A stretch of 64,000 nucleotides of DNA from positions 8,618,001-8,682,000 of the forward strand of contig NC_043000.1 of assembly GCF_006345805.1 (NCBI RefSeq). Direction: 5' to 3'. The position numbers were made by a program, and so were the translations under genes. The notes beneath the pieces were generated by a model, which did no database searches, was not told the DNA's origin, and saw nothing but the letters and a program-made list of their open reading frames with translations. This document shows positions 11,669 to 25,194 of the stretch, in pieces; position 1 is the first letter of the stretch; every line of letters begins with the position of its first letter. Source of the stretch: Octopus sinensis. Taxonomy: Eukaryota.

Positions 11669-11707
11669 GAGAAATTTGAAAAGTTAACACGAAACCGGTA
11701 ATTTCTT
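11669..11707 (+). ncRNA. Minimal hammerhead motif, U3-A8 core variant, in the inverted terminal copy
   Basis: GAGAAAU-UUGAAAA-GU uaac AC-GAAA-C CG G-UA-AUUUCUU; 7-bp stem I; ACCGGU palindrome in stem III. Confidence 0.7.
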
Positions 11708-11831
11708 CAAAAACTATGTCACTGTATGAAAAAAAATTATAACATTCTTCTGACATAATGACTCAAATATATTTTTTAACCTTTTAAAACAAGCCTTCTG
11801 TAGTTTTTTCACTTTTTACTATTTTCTATAT

Positions 11832-11854
11832 GTATATATATATAAATATATATA

Positions 11855-11930
<76 letters not shown>

Positions 11931-11995
11931 TATATATATATATTATATATATTATATATATATATACATACATATACATATACATATATATATGC

Positions 11996-12072
<77 letters not shown>
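11832..12072. repeat. (TA)n compound microsatellite
   Basis: Direct reading. Confidence 0.97.
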
Positions 12073-12075
<3 letters not shown>

Positions 12076-12239
12076 TAATATAAACGACAATGTTTCATCA
12101 AAGAGGAGAATACAATTATCCCTAAATGTGACTACGGTGTAAGGAATCACCTACATTGCTAGAAATAAGAGCTAAACTGGTCTAATACTGTAGTTAACGC
12201 ACATGAATGAAAACATATAAACTAACAGGGATATTAAAT

Positions 12240-12390
12240 GCGATGGGTTTCTTTCAGTTTCCGCCTGCCAAATCCATTCACAAGGCTTTGGTTGACCCGC
12301 GGCTATAATAGAAGACACTTACCCAAGGTGCCACGCAGGGGACTGAACACGGAACAGTGTTGTTGGGAAACAAGCTTCTTACCCCACGCA
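12240..12390 (-). mobile_element. Group B SINE 5' half
   Basis: TTTCAGTTTCCGCCTGCCAAATCCATTCACAAGG..CCCAAGGTGCCACGCAG. Confidence 0.8.
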
Positions 12391-12968
12391 TCCAAGTGCA
12401 TTTGGAACACCCAATGCAGAGGTTGCAACCTATCACAAAAGTGAAAGAGGGTACGTAGGAACAAATGATATAATCTTGTGTCTAGCTTAATTTCCCATAC
12501 ATTTGTTTTATATAAATAACTGGTGACACTTACTAAGAATAGTGGGAGCTGAACCCATTTGCTGGGAGCAGACTGGATAATGACAATCTACGTGGAACTC
12601 TTAACTCAACAGTAGCAGTCATACATCTAACTGTACACACACACACATATTATATGTATGCATATGTGTGTGTGGGTGTATGTGTTTGTATGTGTGTGTG
12701 CGTGTGTCTGTATATATGTGTGTGTACGTGTGTACGTGTGCATATTCAAACTAATCTATAACATATGGCGCATTTTTCCAGTCATTCCAGTTTCTGTGTA
12801 AACTATTATTTTTTCTATATACCAATTTGTCAACAGTAGTGTCATTGGTTGCAGATTTCCAGCAATTCAGTTTCTCTGCATTTCTGATATTCTGATAGTG
12901 AGAGCGACAGACGAGTGTCTGTAAAGTAACATGTCCCAAGAGACTTTGTTCTGAAATTACCGTTCTCT

Positions 12969-13011
<43 letters not shown>

Positions 13012-13149
13012 TTTGGTGCTTCTTCGTTCTTATGCCTCGTTTCAGATTGAAACAAAATCAATGAAAAAAAAAAGAAAAGAAAAAGGAAACGAAACATGAA
13101 CATATCAACATATTTCATCTCTGTCTCTCTTTCTTTCTCTCTCTCTCAT

Positions 13150-13168
13150 TCTATATATATATATATAT

Positions 13169-13202
<34 letters not shown>

Positions 13203-13233
13203 AAATATATATATATATATATGCGCATGTCTC

Positions 13234-13281
<48 letters not shown>

Positions 13282-13408
13282 CATATATATATATATGCAT
13301 ATATATATACATATATATACATATATATACATATATATATATATACATATATACATATATATATATATACATATACATACATATACATATATATATATAT
13401 ATATGTAT

Positions 13409-13479
<71 letters not shown>

Positions 13480-13603
13480 TGTATGTAAGTATGTATGTAT
13501 GTATATATGCATATATATACAGAGATGCATACACACTCATATTTATATATATGTATATATGGATATGTACATGCATTTATTATTTTTATTATTTTTATTA
13601 TTA

Positions 13604-13650
<47 letters not shown>

Positions 13651-13702
13651 TATTATTATTATTATTATCATCATCATCATCATCATCATCATTATTATTA
13701 TT
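13150..13702. repeat. Compound (TA)/(TACA) then (TAT)/(CAT) microsatellite
   Basis: Direct reading; source of many low-complexity ORFs. Confidence 0.97.
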
Positions 13703-13703
13703 A

Positions 13704-13926
13704 AGGCGGCGAACTGGTAGAATCGTTAACACGCCGGGTAAAATGCTTAGTGGCATTCTGTCCGTCTTCATGTTCTGAGTTCAAATGTCGCCGAGGTCGA
13801 CTTGCCCTTTCATCCTTTCGGAATCGATATAGTGAATACCAGTTTAGCACTGGGGTCGATGTAATCGGCTTATCCTATCCCCCAAATTTCAGGTCTTGTG
13901 CCTTTAGCAGAAAAGGATTATTATTA

Positions 13927-13972
<46 letters not shown>

Positions 13973-14281
13973 TATTATATTATTATAATCATTATTATTA
14001 TTATTATTATTATTATATTATTATTATTATTATTATTATTATATTATTATTATTATTATTATTATGAAGGCGGCGAGCTAGCAGAATCGTTAGCACACCG
14101 GGCAAAATGCTTAGCAGCATTTCTGCTGGATTTGCGTTCTGAGTTTAAATTCTGCCGAAGTGGACTTTGCCTTTTATCCTTTCTGGGTCGATAAAATATG
14201 TAGCAGTGGAACACTTGATTCAATGTAATCGTTTTATCCCGTCCCCTAAAATCTCTGGTCTTGTGCCAAAACCTGAAACTG
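13704..14281 (+). mobile_element. Two head-to-tail group A SINEs separated by (TAT)n
   Basis: Heads at 13704 and 14068; core GTCGACTTTGCCTTTCATCCTTTCGGGGTCGAT resembles the Deu/Nin-type SINE central domain (from memory). Confidence 0.9.
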
Positions 14282-15059
14282 TTATTATTGTTTTTGTTGT
14301 TGCTGTTATTGCTATTATTTTTATTATTATCATCGTAAAATACAAAAATGCATATGAAAAAATATCCATGTTAAAGTGTTTAAAAGTATTTCGTATACAC
14401 AAGTGTATAGACGTAGTTGCGAAATTATATAACATAAAAGAGTAATACAAAGAAAATAGCAAAGTTTTTTTGATGCTTTTTGTTTTAAACACAAAGAAAA
14501 TATAAAGCATTTGCGAAATAATATTTCCTAATGGATAACTACCATATTTATTACGTTATATAATTTCAGTTAGAAATGTGTATGACAAATCTAAGCAATT
14601 ATATGCTATATCGTCTATATTTTGCCGTATAAAAAGAGCCAGGAAAATTACTTACAGAGTAATAAGAAAGGACAAAATCCACCATGTGTGCATGTATGCA
14701 TGTATGTTTGCTTTCCTTTTTATTTATTTGTTAGAATTCCTCATAGAAAGGGGGAGCTGGTTTCTGTCAAAGAAACAAAAACTCCATCACTGGAGTTTGG
14801 TTAACAACAATAATTCTTACAAATTGAACTTTAGAAAAGTCTTGCATATTTTTACTGTTCCACTTACAATTTGTATTTGTTAAGCGTGTGTCAGACGATT
14901 TCTTTCTTTGCCCAAATTCCTAGCTTTCCAGGGAGCCATTCAGGAATTTATTTACATAATCTGATGCATCAATGACTATACGTGTAAATGTGGATAGAGG
15001 AACTGCCGGTTTCAATGCAGTTGGCTAGAAATAATCCCCTTCTCACTGACATTGGGAGA

Positions 15060-15480
15060 GGTGTTCACATCTGCAGGGCAGCTAACCTCATCTGTACATG
15101 ATTCTTCTTTTCCGTCCCCAATGCATATGTCAGGTTTATTATGTTTGCTCTAGGGTAGAAATTTTGATGGGAAATTCCACCAATATTCCTTGTTTTTGAT
15201 AGGTATGTATTCGATTGCAAAGTGGTGTTATATTTATTCCAGGGATGGCATTTCACAATGTTTGGGCAATGACATCTTATCGCAGTAGTAATCATAGCTC
15301 AATGATATTTGTGGGCAACTAGCGATTACATGTGTTAGGTCCCCTATAGAAAAATGACATAATCGATATGTTTGAGGGGCACCGTGTGATTTTTAAGGTC
15401 TTCGCTATTCCTTTTGTTCATTACATATTTCGTAGCTACTCTCTGTACTTAGAATGCAATAGTGTACCATGATAATCTTA
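15060..15480 (-). pseudogene. Possible L1/Tx1 post-RT relic
   Basis: PWNKYNT...KTRNIGGISHQNFYPRANIINL weakly resembles FIW..K...L..PK..GG..P....Y.A; same strand as and downstream of the endonuclease relic at 16480-17170. Confidence 0.3.
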
Positions 15481-16479
15481 CGTGAGTATATATGTACGTT
15501 TATGTACGCCCCACCGCCTCAGGTTTACAGCAGAGGGCAAGGTATTGCACAGTAAGATCGAATCGATATCTGAGATAGTTAAAAACCGAAATTCTAGTTG
15601 TTGGGCGGCCTTATGATAATAACTAGTTTTAACAAATATTTTGCCAAATGTATTTTGTTTCTTTGTCCTTTCAGATACTTAGATTGTTGAGAACAAATTC
15701 TATCAGTTCCTCTGTAGTTTATCAGCCAATAATAATAGAGCTTACAGCTCAATGACGGCACATGTAACTGGTTAACATGATACTTGCCAGAATTTATTCT
15801 GTCAGTGATGTATAACTGTTAACATTTATACATCGTCACAAACCAATCTTTAGAGATCTGGTTTATCCCTAACATAACAAACAAGTTAGTCATTGACTGA
15901 GTGAGTGGGTGTATACCGGAAGTAGGTGTTTGGCTTCACCAGTGAGGTTGAGAAGGGAAATGAGGATGAAGACGAATAAAAAAGCAGAGGAAGGGGAGGA
16001 AATGGAAGATGAGATGAAGGGAAAAGAAAAAGGAAGAGAAAGAAGGTGGATGTGAAGGATGAGGGGGAGGACGAGACAAAAAAGTAGAGGGTGTAGAATT
16101 AGGACTCGTAGGTATATAACTGGTCTATTCCACGCCCTTATCTTTACCTAGTATTCTAATTATAATTTTAAAATGAGCTAAGGGAAATAACTGCAGCTGG
16201 TGAATGGCAGGAAATTATGTAGTTCAGATAGGTGCTGATGCACTGACTGATTCACTCCGAAAATTCTTCATAAGCTCAAGTTTACTTCCTAGGTAGAAAA
16301 CGAAAAACAAGTTATGGCACTTGTTAGCGACATTCCATGGAAAAGTAAATATGCTTTCAAGAATTTAAGAATTAGTTTACTCAGAAAATCATTATGCTAG
16401 TGTTCAAGATTGTTCCTGTCAACATCCACTTAACTAATTTGCTATTTCGGTCTCTGTAACCTTCCAATAACCGAGACTC

Positions 16480-17170
16480 TGCCTATGAACCTTATCTTGG
16501 TTGACGGTACAGATAAGGAATTTGTGGTCTGTTTCATCGATCACATTTAGCTATGAACAAACTACGCTATGTCTACCAGCCTATTGAATACTTTATTTAG
16601 ATACTATCTTTATGACCAAATTCACTTTATCCGTGACCGCATCGGCCCATTTAGGAGATCTAGTCGGCACTTGTTAGACAGTTGCAAACTCCTAAGCAGG
16701 TTTTGGAGGCTTTTGCACACTTCTCTCTTATCAGTTCGCCCACACAGTTCCAACGTCCACCCTGGATGTCATTCCAGTTTCCTACAAGTACTAAAAAACG
16801 AAACGCTTCAAGGAGTGCTACTAGTTACCTGAAGAAATCTGGACGCTTCAACCCTGTTGAAGCCTAAACAGTTACTCGTCTAATGATATGGCCTTCGCTG
16901 CTATCAAGTACAGCACCACTGACTTACCTATTGAGTTCAGAAAGATTGTTCGTATTTCGAGATCTAGATCTTTGCGAAACAACACAGCTCACAGTTGCAG
17001 CCGATTTATAGATTTTCACACTGCGTAGCCTTCGAAGATGAGTGCGAAAGTTCGTACCTCAAGAATTCTGGTCTCACTGATGGTCACCACATCTATATCT
17101 AATAATCCGAGAACACTGAGCTGGTTGCTTGCAAGACAACCTCAAGCCCGTGCATTGAGATTGCCTATAC
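16480..17170 (-). pseudogene. L1/Tx1-type APE endonuclease relic
   Basis: Minus strand, across frameshifts: IGNLNARG..LLDIDVVTISETRI, LFRKDLDLEIRTIF, LVGNWNDI, YLNKVF.RLVD, TDHKFL, GYWK. Confidence 0.75.
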
Positions 17171-17249
17171 CGAGTAAGGCCTAGGGAGTTGATTAGAAGA
17201 ATTAAAAGGAAAAAAAACCCATTTACCTTGTTCTTGTGGAAGAACAGAC

Positions 17250-18420
17250 GATCTAACGTTCCAATTAAAAATGAATGTCTTCACCAGAAAGTTTTTTTCT
17301 TGTATATTCTTTTGTTAATTTTCCAGGAAGTCTTCCATTCCTTCGCCATATTTTGCTTTCAATCTGTTCTATGTTTCATGTGTTGCCTTTAAGATATAGA
17401 TGCGTTAATGTGTTGTTTGTTGGTATGATGTGGGGATTGTGTGCAATGTTTATGTACTTATGTATGTGGCGCTTTAATTCTTTGTTATATGTGTCTATGA
17501 CCATGTAGTTGATGATGCTACTGTGTTTGCTTCGTAAATGCTGTTATTGATGTTAGTCTGGATGTAGACTCAGTTGTGTTTGTGTTTATTGTGTTTTTTG
17601 CAATGTTGGTAATATTTATGGTGGTGGTCTTGTTAGTATTTGGTATTGCGTTGTCGAGTTTTAGCCTCCCTTCAAATCTCCCAGGTTTTTGTGAGGATAA
17701 ATTAGTTTTCTCATTTTTATTCGTTCTTTCTCCTTTCTTATGTGGCAGTTCTCTATTGTTTCTCTTTGTCTTATTCATTGTACAACATATCTGAGTTATC
17801 TGAAGTAGAGAAAGGCGTATGTGCTGTTGAGTTGTGGCTAGAGTATTCTGTTGCTCTTGTTGGCGACATCTTTTCTGTTGTTCTTGTTGTTTGCTGCTGT
17901 TGGGGGTTGTCATTACACCTTCTGCGGCCGCTGTTTGTTTTACTAAAGTTGGTGCGTCTTTATAGCTGTTGTTGCAGTTATTGCTGTTGTGATTAGATGG
18001 TTTTGTTAATGCTGCTGCTGTCGTTATTGATATTGCTGTTACGATAGTAATTGAGTCGGCAGTAGTGAATGGGTCTTCCTTTTTTCCTCTTTTGCTATGG
18101 ATACAAAGTCCTTAGATGGATTGTGTTAACGCGTAAGTGAAGCCTTGGATTTCTCTTCTCATCAGCCATGAACAAATGTAAGCTACCTCCTGGCAGATTG
18201 ATCAAAATATTCAATGATTTTCATATCGTATTGATCTGTTTCGTTTCACCCCCTGTGCCAAACATTTTTTTCCTATGCAGTCTATGGACTTGTAATATGT
18301 TTGTTCTTTTCTATATCGAGCAAAACGGCCGCTACAAGCTAGCAGATATCTATTTCTAGTAGAACAGCGATCACCTTTAATTTTACCCACCCCCACTAGA
18401 GATAGATTGGTATGAGAATC
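17250..18420 (-). pseudogene. Probable ORF1/5' region of the same L1/Tx1 relic
   Basis: A/C-rich, coding-like minus strand directly upstream of the endonuclease; no firm motif. Confidence 0.35.
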
Positions 18421-18868
18421 AGTTTGTTACCCTTTAGGTATGTTACAAAATGCTTTTTCTTCTCCTTCTCGGTTGGAAATCTTGGCTTAACCGTGCCGAA
18501 CCTTCTCCCTCGAACGACGTAAGTTTTGAGTGTTCCCGCTTGACTTAGCACACACCTCAATCTAGATTCATGTCATTTGTTCTACTTTTCTGGACTTTAG
18601 ACCTATACTTCTATATGTAATATTTTTTTTCTGTGTGTTCTGAGTCTGTTGCAGTATGCTTAAGATTCTGTACTTCCAATCTTGGTTAGGAAATTTTTTT
18701 GTATTTTGCAAATCCTACTAAAATAGAAAAATTGAGGATTGCATTTGGCACACGCTAGCGAAACTTTTCAGTTGGTTTACCAGTCACGGTATTAGCGTTA
18801 ATGTTGGTGGCCGTGGTGGTCATGGTGGCGATTTTGGTAGTGGTAGTATTGGTTGATGTGTTGTTGCT

Positions 18869-19268
18869 ACTCTTTTACTTGTTTCAGTCATTTGACTGTG
18901 GCCATGCTGGAGCACCGCCTTTAGTCGAGCAAATCGACCCCAGGATTTATTCTTTGTAAGCTTAGTACTTATTCTGTCGGTTTCTTTTGCCGAACCGCTA
19001 AGTTACGGAGATGTAAACACACCAACATCGGTTGTCGAGCGATGGTGGAACACACACAGACACACAAGTACATACATGCAATTATATATGTATGTATATA
19101 TATACGACGGGCTTCTTTCAGTTTCCGTCTACCAAATCTACTCACAAGGCTTTGGTCGGCTCGAGGCTATAGCAGAAGACACTTGCCCAAGATGCCACGC
19201 AGTGGGACTGAACTCGGAAGCATGTGGTTGGGAAGGAATACTCTTAGCCCACAGCCACTCCTGCACCT
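18869..19268 (-). mobile_element. Group B SINE, full length
   Basis: Head to tail matches other copies. Confidence 0.9.
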
Positions 19269-19439
19269 ATACCACTGTAATAATGTCAGACACTACTGAA
19301 GTCGAGGTGGTCACCACTACTCAAAAAGAGAAAGAAAACATGCAGTTTCAGGAGCTACGATTAATCCAGTAAAGTCGGTGAGCTTGGAGCCCGGCGCTTA
19401 CAGAGGCAAATTCACATCGGTAAGTAGCGTGGACAATGG

Positions 19440-19900
19440 ACTGACAGTGCTCGCGATTTGATGTAATTCAGACCTCCAGACAGTCAGAAACTGGAACAAG
19501 GTTATGAGCTGCGTGATTAGCCTCAGTCAGAAGTAAGCCGAGAGGAAGCTATATCTGAAAGGTCGGGGAGAGATAGAGAACAATTATATTGTCTCCATCA
19601 TAGTTTACCGCCTGCGTTTCTTCAGTTTTCGCCTGACCAATTTAGAGCATCTGCTCTCCTGCTTCTTGTGAAAATGATGTGTTCGACTGACCAGGTGGTC
19701 CATCAGCTACCAGCGCATTATGCCACTGGGTCGACATATTGTAATTGTTGTTGCCCAGACATGTGCTGAGGTTGCAATATCTGCAGAATTAACTTTTGGT
19801 CAGCAGATGTGATCTCCTTTTGAAAGGCCCGTCTTCTCTCACAGCGAGTCTCGATTTGTGAAATTGTCTTCATAAAACTGAAATTTCCGTTTCTTTCAAG
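19440..19900 (+). pseudogene. L1/Tx1-like post-RT fragment
   Basis: NWNKV...RKLYLKGR..ENNYIVSIIVYRL matches the W..R.LSLKGR...N.YI.S.I.YRL motif. Confidence 0.6.
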
Positions 19901-20489
19901 AGCAGCTAATCTAATTGTTCAAGAATGGAAGTAAACAGTCTGTTTAGATAACATCTTAATAGACCAGTTGACATTTTAAAGAAAAATGCAGTGTCTTGTC
20001 GACATGACATCGTGGCAATGGCGACTTTCTCAAAACAACGTCTGTTCTATTTCAGCAGATATAATGAAATGAACGACATTTAATCGACGAATAAAACTGT
20101 AACTCCGATGAAAATTGTAAACAAGAACACCAACTACGATAGTACCAACAGCAACACGCGTGAATGTGTGCACGCGTGCATACACACACACACGCACACA
20201 CGCGTACACACACACACGCACTCACACACACACACTCACACACACACACACACGCACACACACACACGCGCACACACATACGCATATGTATAAAGAAAGC
20301 AATAAGTATAACGAGAAGACAACACGGGAGGGACAAGTTTAAGTAAATGTGTGTATATAAAGAACACACACACACACACACACGCGCGCACACACGCACA
20401 TACACACACATGTATGTATTTAGGGTGTGTCAAGTACTTAAGAAAAGAATTAAACAGATATTATATAGATAAACAATGTATTCACAGGA

Positions 20490-20820
20490 AATAGTACACA
20501 TGTTCAACTAGATTTATTAAAGAACCGGGTTACTCGATAAAAACCACCCTTGGCCTTGATGTCGGTTACGGTGCTGCCACAGAAGCGACTGCATGCTAGG
20601 AACAGGTGGTTCTCATTCATGTTACGCATCACTTCCCCAACGGCAGATCTCAGCCATTCTTTCATATTGGGGGGCTGGGACATCAGTTGGTCTCCCCAGG
20701 AGTTGAAATCTACAGGGTTCATATCAGGAGAGCTAGGAGGTCACATACCGGAGATAACATGACCGAGAATTCTCAGCCAGCCATTCCTGGATAGTGAAGG
20801 CCATATCGGAGTGAACAAAA
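20490..20820 (-). pseudogene. maT/DD37D-like transposase C-terminal relic
   Basis: PPSSPDMNPVDFNSWG...LFLACSRF....IKAKGGF. Confidence 0.65.
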
Positions 20821-21994
20821 TTTTGCTGAAAACCATATTAGAGTGTAGTAGCTTTTTTTTTTTTTTAAGGTGATCTAGTAACCTCTTCCATTGAAGTTTT
20901 CCTGGCGTGCGGTTGAATCTTTGATGAAGTCTACCATATTTGGAATAGAGGAGGAAGGATTGATAGATGATTCGATCGAACTGTAGGAACAAGTAGGAAA
21001 AAATAACGAGTAAATCGAGCCGGAAACGAGCTTCGATTATGTGGGACGACCGTTAATACGAATCAATTTAAGAGTCTATAAACAGTTGTATCTTAGTAGG
21101 ACGAAGTGGAGGCTTTCTTAATCGTTCTGACGCCTGAATTGTTCACAGACACATTTGGAATCTGACATGGCGAATTACATTGATGCGGAATACATGAAAA
21201 CAGAAGGTGGTCAGCGTTGAGATATGCTTTCCTCAAATTCTTGTAGGTGGGTTGCTTTTGTTTTTATCCTTTATATATATACACTTATTTATATATACAC
21301 TTAGTTATTTGTGTAAATTTCAAAAAATAATTATTATATCCCGATATATTGATTGTAGAACCCTACACGCGTCTTTAAATAACAACGAATATACAAATCC
21401 ATATAAATTTATAACCTTTTTGTAGCACGTTGATGTATATACGAACAAGCACTGATGGGGAAATAAATGAAATTGCTCGTAAATTTTCGTTTGTTTGACT
21501 TTCTTATAATAATCCGACGGTAAACATTTTTGCATTGCTTTGTCGTTAAACTAACCATAATTCTGGCAAACTCGTCAGTTTCGTTTCATTTTGGCGGAAT
21601 TTGTTACCTTTTTCTTGGATTTAAACATTTAAAAAAAGAACATGGCATAGCAAATGGGTGGCTTTTGGAAGATTCCCGGCGGAAAGGATTTCGCCACAGC
21701 CATCTCTCACTATTCTCGCTCGGAACTCAACATGTAGCCGTAACGGCGATAGCAACAACAACAACATGCTACACAAAGAAAACAACCTGACAAAGACCAC
21801 CTCAGCACGTGGAAATAAAGGCAACAACATAACCAGTATTAGCTATAGCAGTAGTAGCGACAACAACAACAATAACAACGGCAACGCAAGCAAAAGAACA
21901 GACGACCGCAGTGATAGCACCCCTATTGCCACACACCCTGTACCATTACCAGTTTAATAAATGACGGAAACGGCAACAACAACAATGTCGAATA

Positions 21995-22510
21995 TTGCCG
22001 TTACGTTCTGAGTTCAAATTCCGACTTTACTTTCATCCTTTCAGGGTCGATTAAATAAATACCAGTTACGCACTGGGGTCGATATAATCGACTTAATCCC
22101 TTTGTCTGTCCTTGTTTGTCCCTTGTGTGTTTAGCCCCTTGTGGGCAGTAAAGAAATATATATTGAAAGTAAGGAAAAAGAACTGTAACAGCAACGAAAA
22201 CAACAGCACCTACAATAGTAGGACGAAAATAAGAAAATTAGTAGGAGTGGCTGAGTGGTAAGTAGCTTGCCTACCAACCACATGGTTCCGGGTTAAGTCC
22301 CACTGCGTGGCACCTTGGGCAAGTGTCTTCTACTATAGCCTCGGGCCGACCAAAGCCTTGTGAGTGGATTTGCAGTTCGGCAAAAGAGTGCGATAGAATA
22401 AATACTAGGCGTACAAAGAATAAGTCCTGGAGTCGATTTGTTCGACTAAAGGCGGTGCTCCAGCATGGCCGCAGTCAAATGACTGAAACAAGTAAAAGAA
22501 TATAAGAATA
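21995..22510 (+). mobile_element. Head-less group A SINE (21995-22158) and internally deleted group B SINE (22241-22510)
   Basis: Match to other copies in the window. Confidence 0.85.
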
Positions 22511-23326
22511 CGCCGATGTGGCTTTTCTGTGTCCGCGTTTACAAGTGATCTGTTTCAACGGTTCCGCCTTCCGCAGTTGTGACTCGGGAACCAGCAAACA
22601 CAGAGGTCAGCGGAGACAACCGCAACAGACTGAGTGCGCTACGAAACGGTCGCAAGAGGTGGACGTTTATTCTGATGACTGAGCAGATGTTGTATATTGT
22701 TACGTCCAGCCTCTGGAAACGTATGAATCCGTTAAAGACAGCCCTAAGTTCTATTGATTAGGGCAAGTTCCTTGAAATATCCTTCCGATAGTCTTTTTTC
22801 CTAACATTTTTCGAACAATTCTAACAATGAACGAGGATTAATGTATTGTTCAGAAGTCATTTGCTGATGTCGTCACTATTTTGAGTTGTTGAGGAATGAA
22901 TTCCTCAAACATCCTCCTAAATTATCTTTTAGATGTTTTGTTGTGTATTCTCTCATCTTACTTCTGTTTACATTTATAAAGTTGAAGTTGATAGAATTTG
23001 TTTTTAGATACTTGACTGTTTTTTATCGTTTCTCATGGTATTTTGGTGTGTTTACAGCCAACTTTTAACACAGCAGTTGTGCTAGGGGTTGACTAATATG
23101 CGAGCTTTCTAGAGTTCCGTCTACTTTTCTCACTTTTTTTTTGTTTTGTAGCGGGACAAGTCATTTGCGTCTTTTCTTTTAGCTGTTTTGATGACAACTT
23201 GCTAAACTTCGGTTTGCTCCGCCATGTTATATGACATATAATTCAAGGATGAAGATAAATGTCTTATTGATACATGGGTGTGCACTTGTGCTGATATTGA
23301 GATGGGAGGAGTCTTTTCTACTCTAT

Positions 23327-24170
23327 TCTTTTCTACTCAAGGCACAAGGCCCGAAATTTTGGAGGCGGGGGCCAGTCGATTAGATCGACCACAGTACGCA
23401 ACTGGTACTTCGTTTATCGACCCCGAAAGGATGAAAGGCAAAGTCGACCTCGGCAGAATTTGAACTCAGAACGTTAAGACAGACGAAATACAGCTAAGCA
23501 TTTCTTTTCTGTTCTAGGCACAAGGCCAGAAATTTTGGGGGAAGAGGCTAGTCGATTAGGTCGACCACAGAACGCAACTGGTACTTAATTTATCGACCCC
23601 GAAAGGATGAAAGACAAAGTCGACCTCGGCGGAATTTGAACCCAGAACATAAAGACAGACGAAATACTGCTAAGCATTTCGCCCGGCGTGTTAACGTTTT
23701 TGCCAGTTCGTTATTGCTACAGTTCTTGCTATTGTTCTTTCCGTTGGTATTGCTGTGCTCGTGGTACTAGAGCAAACTTTTCAGTCTCTTTGCCTGAGAA
23801 ATTTGCCTTTCATCCTTTCAGAGCCGATAAAATGAGTACCAGTTGAAGACTGGGGTCGATTTAATCGACTAGCCCCCTTCCCCGAGCTTGTTGGCCTTGT
23901 ACCAACATTTGAAATCAATATTTCTAACAACTCTAAGGCAGTGAGCTGGTAGAATCGTTACCACGTCGGGCAAAACGCTTAGAGCATTGGGGGTCGATGT
24001 GAGTGACTTACCTCCTTCTCGAAATTGCTGGCTTCGTGCCAAAATTTGAAACCATTATTATTACTGTTGTGTCCTGAGCGGAGAGCTTGCAGAATAGTTA
24101 GAGCATCTGACAAAATGCCTTGCCGTATTTCTTCCTGCATCATACAATCTGAGTTTAATTCCAACCGAAA
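23327..24170. mobile_element. Cluster of group A SINEs (two minus-strand copies 23327-23708, three partial plus-strand copies)
   Basis: Repeated ATCGACCCCGAAAGGATGAAAGGCAAAGTCGACCTCGGC core. Confidence 0.85.
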
Positions 24171-24333
24171 GTTGTGCACTGGGACGATGATATAGATTAA
24201 TAACTTCACCTCAAGACTCCTGGTCTTGGGTTAAATGAGAAACAACTATTACCGCTGTTTTTAAAAAGCATAATATGTACTGTATGTATATATTTTCATC
24301 CACGCTTTATTAACTATAGCAAAATTAAAGGCG

Positions 24334-24650
24334 GGAGGCGCAATGGCCCAGTGGTTAGGAGAGCGGACTCGCGGTCGGAGGATCGCGGTTTCGATTCCCA
24401 GACCGGGCGTTGTGTGTGTTTATCGAGCGAAAACACGTAAAGCTCCACGAGGCTCCGGCAGGGGGTGGTGATGACCCCTTTTGTACTCTTTCGCCCCAAC
24501 TTTCTCTCACTCTCTCTTCCTGTTTCATGAGCAACGCTGCGATGGACGTGCATCCCGTCCAGCTGGGGGGAACACATACGCCACAGAAACCGGGAAAGCA
24601 GGCCCATGAGCCTGGCTAGGCTTAAAAAGGGCGCATAAATAAAATAAAAA
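24334..24650 (+). mobile_element. Group C SINE with tRNA-Arg(TCG)-like head
   Basis: TGGCCCAGTGGTTAGG A box, GCGGAC-TCG-CGGTCG anticodon region, GTTTCGATTCC B box; shares its 3' tail with 5116-5370. Confidence 0.9.
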
Positions 24651-25141
24651 ACAATTAAAGGCACTAGTAGATTTAGATCCTTCGTATCGAATAACTTATT
24701 CTTACTGCCATTGCCTCGCTCTTAGGTCGGTATCTCTCGAAGATAACCGCGAATGTGCTTGAAGCCATTCCGATTTTAAAAATAAAAACATGCATTTCAA
24801 CCTAGGAAAAAATTACTAAACATTTGACACTCGGTGTAAGGCGTTGTTATATAAAGCATAAATAAAATCATGTTTAGAAGCAGTTAGTGACTTTTTCCTC
24901 AAAATGATCGATATTAAGTAAACAAACATGCACCCAAATGGGCGGAAACCGGGAATTTTGACAATAAATATATAAGTAAATAAAATAAAATAAAAATATA
25001 TTATGACGTTTATGTCAGCATGAGTTTTCCGCAGGGTTCTTGAAGCATGATCAGTAAGCAAGTGTCACCTTAGTCTGCTGGCTGTGGACAGCTGACAATT
25101 TCCATCATACCCGGCAAAATAAAACTGAGAATTTTCCTGAC

Positions 25142-25194
<53 letters not shown>

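Larger units (their letters stand above)
9310..11831 (-). mobile_element. Penelope-like element, 5'-truncated, with inverted copy of its 3' end at the 5' junction
   Basis: RT + GIY-YIG relic; 9347-9539 is the inverted repeat of 11640-11831 (about 6 differences); (TA)n on both sides. Confidence 0.95.

Noticed and set aside
12751-12945. Coding exon on the minus strand (GHVTLQTLVCRSHYQ..)
   Set aside because: No recognisable domain, and the would-be acceptor follows a purine tract.
15650-15780. Exon after the strong acceptor TTTGTTTCTTTGTCCTTTCAG
   Set aside because: Two frames stop within five codons, the third has no recognisable product, and the site lies inside a LINE relic region.
22672-22730. 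Hammerhead from CTGATGA...GAAACGTA
   Set aside because: Neither stem I nor stem II pairs.
24334-24410. Genuine tRNA-Arg gene (also 32230-32300, 40888-40961, 54521-54595)
   Set aside because: Acceptor and T stems are poorly paired and each runs into a SINE body rather than a T-run terminator.
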